From the NCBI GenBank assembly GCA_043228905.1, contig JBHGNT010000010.1:12214001-12278000 (forward strand): a stretch of 64,000 bases of DNA, given 5' to 3'. Of this stretch, positions 57,984 to 64,000 are shown one piece after another. The position numbers and the translations under genes were made by a program. A model generated the notes under the pieces. It did no database searches. It worked only from the letters and a program-made list of their open reading frames with translations, and had not been told where the DNA came from. The number at the start of each line of letters is the position of its first letter. Within the stretch, counting starts at the first letter, position 1. Origin of the DNA: Azolla caroliniana. Lineage: Eukaryota; Plantae; Polypodiophyta.

Positions 57984-59257
57984 GTAGATGCATTTTCTTC
58001 AGGGATCTCGGGAGCCTCTTCTAGGTCTCCTTCAATATAATCCCAGTATCCTTTCCCCATAAGGAAGTTTGTCATTTTGAATTTCCACGCCGGGAAATTG
58101 TTTTTATCCAGTTTTTCTGTGACTATTTGGCTTGCATTCTCTATAGCCATTTTCTCTTTCAACTAGGGTTAACTTTGTAGACAACTCTCTCTGATTCAGA
58201 TCAGCAACCGGAAACAAACTTCTCAGATGTCTGTACTATTCTAATCTTCTTTACGAGCAATTCTGCTCTGATACCATGTTACGAAGGCGCTACGGCTCTT
58301 CTGTGTGCACAACGGATCCTGATGTGCTGGATTGTTCAATGCTCAAGACAGAAAGGGGAAGGGGAAGGAGACTTACGTTTGCACAGTCCAAAAGCTTCTA
58401 CTTCATTACACACAGAGCTCAACTTGCTCTTGTCAGTTTTCTATTTTCTGGTTTTCTTACTCTCTCTACACTACTCTCACTCTCACTCTTACTACGTACT
58501 ATACTTACTTTTTACCTAAGTACATAAGTGTCTTATATATGCAGCTAATTAGCCGTCAGTAGCTAAATAGTTGTCAGTAGCTAAATAGTTGTTTCACCTT
58601 TATGTCCACTAGTAGCTAATTAGCTAATATAGCTTATTTCTCAATAAGCATCACATACCTTTGTTGAGCTTGCTTCTCAACAGAGCATGTCCCTCATCTT
58701 CGACTTCCACATTGAGTAGTTGGAATCGGTGACCTTGAACATGTTGCCAAATGGATCTTCCATGCTCTGATACCAGTTTGTGCGGAATAGTGCTCGGCCA
58801 CAATCGAGTCTCAATCTCACGATGAAAGAAATAACAGAAATAAGCAATGTACTTACATAGACAACAGAGACGACACCAAATGTTTACGTGAAAACCCTAA
58901 TCGGGGAGAAAAAACCACAGGAGCCCACAGACTCCAAACAAGATCACTATAGATGAGAGGTACAACAATGTTTACTCAGAGGCAACGCCCTCGAGCTTTA
59001 GCTTCGCCAATCGGTGGTTACAACAGAAAATGCTTTCTTTATCTCTCTCTCACTCTCTATCTCTCTCCGTACAACGATAACAATAACAACCTTATGAACA
59101 CTATTGCCCTAGTTATATTTATACTTATATAGCCTTAGGGCTATTTACAAATATGACCTCAACAGTCACATCGGATCCGGCCGGACTCCTTCCAGATCCA
59201 TCTGGTCTAGTATTCGGATACCTTTCGGACCCATCCGGAGGGACCTATTTCCCAACA

Positions 59258-60791
59258 TGGTCGTCATAGTTAGAATTGGTGGCGTAATTGGTTCGTTGTC
59301 GGCTTGTGGAAGCTGACTCGTGCTTCTTCTTTCGGCACTCTTCTTCATGGTGGCTGATTTTTCCACAATAACAACATTCGATCGAGGTTTGTCAGCTTGG
59401 ACCAGAATGGAAGCTCCCCCTTCTTCCGAAGGTTCCTCGATGGCTTCCGTCTTGTTGCCGAAATTGGGATTTGTTTTCGTAAGTCGGACCTCGTCCGCCT
59501 CGTCCTTGGCCGAATCGGCCTCTTGCTCAGTCGCTTCCTCTTCCTCCATTTGAATGTGTGTAGAGCATGTGGCCTTCCAAGGCGTAATTGCTCCTTTTTC
59601 AAACATGGTTTTCTTCAACCAACAACATGGATTGAAGATCGAAGAAAGAGGGAGGATTCTCCCCTGCTAGTACGACGATCCTCATCACGTTGAACCGTGG
59701 TGCAAGGTCATCGAGGCATATTTGATGCTTATTGAGCCGAGCGAGTCACAAAGCTCCTTAATCTTCAAGGTGTAGCTTGCGATGGACATATCCCTTTGTT
59801 GGATGTTGTTCAACTCTTGACAGAGTTGAAGCTTTCGTGCCGTGGTGTTGGTAGCAAATATCTGAATCTTGAGATTCTCCCATGCTTCCTTCGGCGTCTT
59901 GGCTTCTCGAATGTAGCCGAGCATGTGGTCATCAACACATGTCATCAAGCAATACATCCCTCAGCTTGCCACTTGCTCCCATGTTGAGTAGTCGACGTCT
60001 TTCGGGTCGGGTTGATTTTCTTGTGCTCCTTTGATGTAGCTCCAATATCCTTGACCGACAAGGGATTGGTGCATCTTGTACTCCCAAGATGCAAAGTTGT
60101 TTCTATCTAACTTCTCGTTAGGGAGAGCGCTCCCCATTTGAGTATTCATTATGACGATGAAGCTTTCTTTCTTCTTTTCCTTCTCTCTCGAACATGAGGT
60201 ATGTAGTGGCACTACGATAGTGGTACCAGTTCTTCTCAAACATCGGTGTAGAACACAACACGTGCGGATGGGCTAGATCGAGCTACCAAACTGCTCTGAT
60301 ACCATGTAAAGAATCAGATATGATTCTTGTGCAGCGAAAGAGATGTGTGTTATGTGTATGTGTGAGAGGAAAGGGATGAGAGAAGAGAAAACACAAGATA
60401 GATAGATGAAAGAAAAACAAAGTACTCAAGAAGAAGGTGTATATTAACAAGTAAAATAACAAATACAAAATGTAGCATTACAAGGAATCACAACCAACAC
60501 TCTATGAAGTAGGAGGAGGGTGCTTTATTAACTCACTCTTCATTAACTCACTATAGTGTTCACTCTCTCTCTAGAACCTTGAGGAATGTGAAGACTCATT
60601 AGTCATGGGGAATATGGCACTCATTAGTTATGTGTCATAGAATATGATTCTATGACACATAGTTAATGTGTCATAGAATATGATTCTATGACACATAGTT
60701 AATGTGTAGAGAGTGGTGTGACCTTTGAGTGTTCATAGATTCTCAAAGGGTGTGTTCACACACAAGCCTAGGTTGAGCTTGATTCTCAACA
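59258..60791 (-). mobile_element. Ale-like copia D2: 5' LTR, PBS and gag only
   Basis: LTR 60305-60791, Met PBS ~60293-60304, gag EKLDRNNFASWEYKMHQ; closely related to copia D. Confidence 0.85.
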
Positions 60792-60879
60792 TAATATAAT
60801 TGGAATATTTGTGTACTTGCCATCTTGTGTATTTGAATGTCTTATCTTACATGTGTATTAATGTGTGTAAGTGTTGATT

Positions 60880-62200
60880 TGTAATTGTTATCGGGATTGA
60901 GGAATTGAATACACGGATTATTACCATACCTTCGACCACACCTTTGGATTCTATTCCAATATGGAGTACTTATGTGTTTGTGACTAAGATTTAGTCCAGG
61001 ATAAACAACGGAGTCGGAATTTTTATGTCTTAAATGACACTCTATATCATAAAGGAGCTAACGGGATATGGCGTCGAGCAGTTCGACACGACGAGAAAGA
61101 GGCAGTTTTAAGAGAAGCACACTACGGTATTGCAGGAGGACATTATGATGGGGACACTACTGCACGGAAAATTTGGAGCAGTGGCTTGTGGTGGCCGACG
61201 ACTTTGAAAGATGCACATCAATTCTGTAACAATGTGATTTGTGTCAGAGACTAGGCCAGCCGATCGAGCGAGTTCGGATGCCACATTGACCAATTCTACC
61301 ATTGGAGCCTTTTTAGAAGTGGGTATTGGATTTTGTTGGTCCATTTAAGCTGGCAACAGCTCGAACCAACAACAGGTATATTATCGTGGCTACGGATTAC
61401 TGTGCCAAATGGGTCAAAGCCAAAGCGCTCTGAGATAATATAGTTAACTCGACAACAAAGTTCTTTTACGAATACATCTGGTGCCAATTCGAATGTCTAA
61501 TCTAGTTAATCAATGATCAAGGGTCGCACTTCTTGAACAAAGTCATCCATGGATTAACAAAGTACTATGTGGTGGTACACAAAAAAAGCACACCATACTA
61601 CCCTCAAACAAATGGGTTGGCTGAGTTGACCAACAAAACTTTACAAATGATCCTCAAAAAGATTGTAGATGAGAATCACACAGATTGGGATAAAAAATTA
61701 CATAGTGCTCTCTGGTCATACAAGACAAGTTACAAAAAAACAATTCAATCAATGCCCTTTCGACTCGCCTTTAGATTAAAAGCAGTAATGACAATCGAAT
61801 TTCAAGTTCCTCGTCTACGAGTACAGGTAGTTGAAAGACTGAGTGAAGATGAATTAGAGCAACATCGACTGGGAAAATTATTGGAATTAGAAGAAGATCG
61901 ACTACACAGTCTATGGCGGGTTGAACACGACTAACGAAGACGAAAGGCGTTTGTCAACCGACATCATCAAAATAATGAAAAATTATTCGAAGTCAGCAAA
62001 GACGTTTTGCTTTTCTAGACTAAGAGATGGGTCGGATGCTGGGTAAATTAAGATTTTGATGGACAAGACCATTGTTTTTTTATTGATGCAATGTAAGGGA
62101 CCACCAAGGGACGTATCAACTCGGTACATTGGCAAGAGAAATATTATCAAAGTGGGTAAATGGGTTTCGATTGAAACCAAACAAGTGACTGATGCCGAAA
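60880..62200 (+). pseudogene. Non-chromovirus gypsy integrase relic
   Basis: GIGFVGP..RYIIVATDY..KWVKAKAL..DQGSHF..STPYYPQTNGLAELTNKTL..DWDKKLHSALWSYKT; similar to 17621-18230. Confidence 0.8.
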
Positions 62201-62489
62201 AATCCCTTTTTGACAACGAAGCTGAATGACCAAATTGACAGTCTACGAGTCGACCAAACCCACTCAGTATCAACCTCGGTTGATCAACTTCCTCTAACAT
62301 GAGAGGTCATAACTGTGAAATTAATGTACTATAAGGAAAAAAGGTACTTTCTTGACACATTTTTTAAAGCATTTATTTATAGTCGGCACACCACATCATG
62401 AAAAGTATATTCTAAGTACAGATTGTGGACATGTGGTCATTAAAGTAATCGTAGAAAAATATATTCTAATTTAGGCTATTACATCTCGG

Positions 62490-64000
62490 AAAATGGCGCG
62501 ACCACATAAAGATGGGACTCGCACAAAACGCTACATTTCTTAAGAACACGAAGCAACAGGAGCCCATTGCAACGTAGACAACAATCATCTAAGGCCGCAG
62601 ACGAGCCCAAGTTCAACCATGCCAATTGGAATTTCGGATCATCTTAGGACATGGCTCCAAAATCACGGCTTGGGAGGTTTTCTCAAAGTAGCCGAAGCTC
62701 TACCCCACCATCAAGCTATGGAGGTAGCAAAGAAAGTCAACATCGACAAACTCACAAATAAACAAATATGACAAATCTTGAAAGAAAAGAATGAGGGGGG
62801 GAATTAAATGGAGGCGACTGAAAAGGACATATTCAAGTCCTATTTCGGGGAGTACTCAACTTTAGCAAAGGCATATCGAACTTAGGGAGGTCTAGATGTC
62901 TTTTTCCGTGAAGTTGCGAAAGTCTTACTAGAAGTAGTCTATCTAAACCCTAAAACGTATTGTATGCCAAAGAATAAGGCAGGTTTCATTATCGCAACAT
63001 ATGAAGGGGAGACAATTGAATGAGGCTTCATTACAAGAGCCACACTTCAAGCACACCTACTAGCTATCAATGGTGGGAAAGTCGTGATTCCGATCATTGC
63101 ACAATGGCTTACCCTATTAGACCCAATGACATTAACCATAAAGGGACGTAAGACCCCAAAGAAGGACAAGGGGTAGCCATCTCAGTCATTGCCAAAGCAA
63201 TCGGCATGATGTTAGTTATTGATAGGACCACACATGGAGTGACAAGAAGGTCTAACCACAACAACAAAAAGCCAGCCGACAGAGAGGGTAGAGTTGAAAC
63301 TCGATTGTGGTTGAGTACGCTTCTCATTATTTTCTTGGTAGAAACACACCAAAGCCCAAGTAGAGGACTCCCACGAATCGAAGGATTTCATTGGGAGTCC
63401 GTATTTAGACAAACCTCATGTCGACACACTACCAAAGGATCTGGAGGTGTTGCTATATTGTTTCGGAGAGAGCTACATAATAGGATAGAAATACTAAGGA
63501 CAGACCCAGAAACTCGTTTTATGTGGGTGAAAGTCTTCACTAGCAAGGATTAGGCTGTATTTTTCGCCGTTTGTTATTTTCCCCTGAAAGGATCCTGTTA
63601 TAATATGGTTGGAGAGGCGAGACTAGTTGATGAAGGAGTGCCACATGGCCCTTCTCCATACAAATCTTTATCAGATGACATAATCTGATATTTTTCCCAA
63701 GGAGAAGTCTTCCTTGTAGGAGATTTCAATGCAAGGACCCAATCCCGACAATGCACAATATTTCAGATGGATAGAAACCTAGAAATGGTAAATGTTGATC
63801 CTTTAGACATAGGCACCACACATAGATCAAAAGATCAAGGTGCGGACGCCACAAGCTTTGGCCATCATCTGCTCGAACTTGGTAGTCGACATCAGATGAT
63901 CATATATAATGGTTTGGCCAAGTGGCCATGCTTGGAAGAGCTCACATGTTTCCCACACGGAGGAGAGGAAAGCACAATTGATTATCTAGTAGGACACCTT
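62490..64000 (+). mobile_element. Degenerate LINE 5' part (possible ORF1 and APE endonuclease), running off the window
   Basis: IIFLVETH, GSGGVAILFR, RFMWVKV, VFLVGDFNART, LTCF..STIDYL at 63320-64000. The left boundary is approximate. Confidence 0.8.

Larger units (their letters stand above)
41948..58682 (-). mobile_element. AT-rich Ale-like copia C; complete and degenerate, hosting nested elements
   Basis: LTRs 41948-42353 and 58277-58682, perfect GAGCA TSD, Met PBS 58265-58276, PPT at 42354; VHTDVWGP, IYVDD, LSSTEAEY. Confidence 0.93.
41543..59257 (-). mobile_element. Tork-like copia A3: only 5' LTR, PBS and partial gag remain; split by copia C
   Basis: LTR 58779-59257, Met PBS 58764-58775, gag MEDPFGNMFKVTDSNYSMWKSKMRDML resuming at 41947 and ending after SLPDSWETLVVT. 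Confidence 0.85.

Overview
Land-plant nuclear DNA, probably from a fern or other seed-free vascular plant (inferred from the PPR architecture and transposon types). About 85% of the window is nested retrotransposons. These include three Tork/Tnt1-like copia copies plus a fragment, five Ale-like copia copies, one young intact chromovirus gypsy, two gypsy integrase relics, four solo or partial LTRs, two RTE-X-like LINEs, and a group of tRNA-Trp-primed, gag-only LTR elements that make 4-bp target duplications. A ~9-kb gene island (32.6-41.5 kb) holds two tandem PLS-class PPR genes ending in E motifs, both without DYW. The main result is in the second PPR gene: splicing an 87-bp phase-0 intron joins an N-terminal PDF motif, the ssDNA-binding module of OSB/pTAC9 proteins, to a 20-motif PPR array. 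This predicts a fused ssDNA-binding and sequence-specific RNA-binding protein. Other notable items are a tRNA-like Pol III cassette inside a solo LTR, twin polypurine tracts in Ale-like copias, and telomere-type repeats inside an RT region. All family assignments come from motif recognition by eye; no searches were run.
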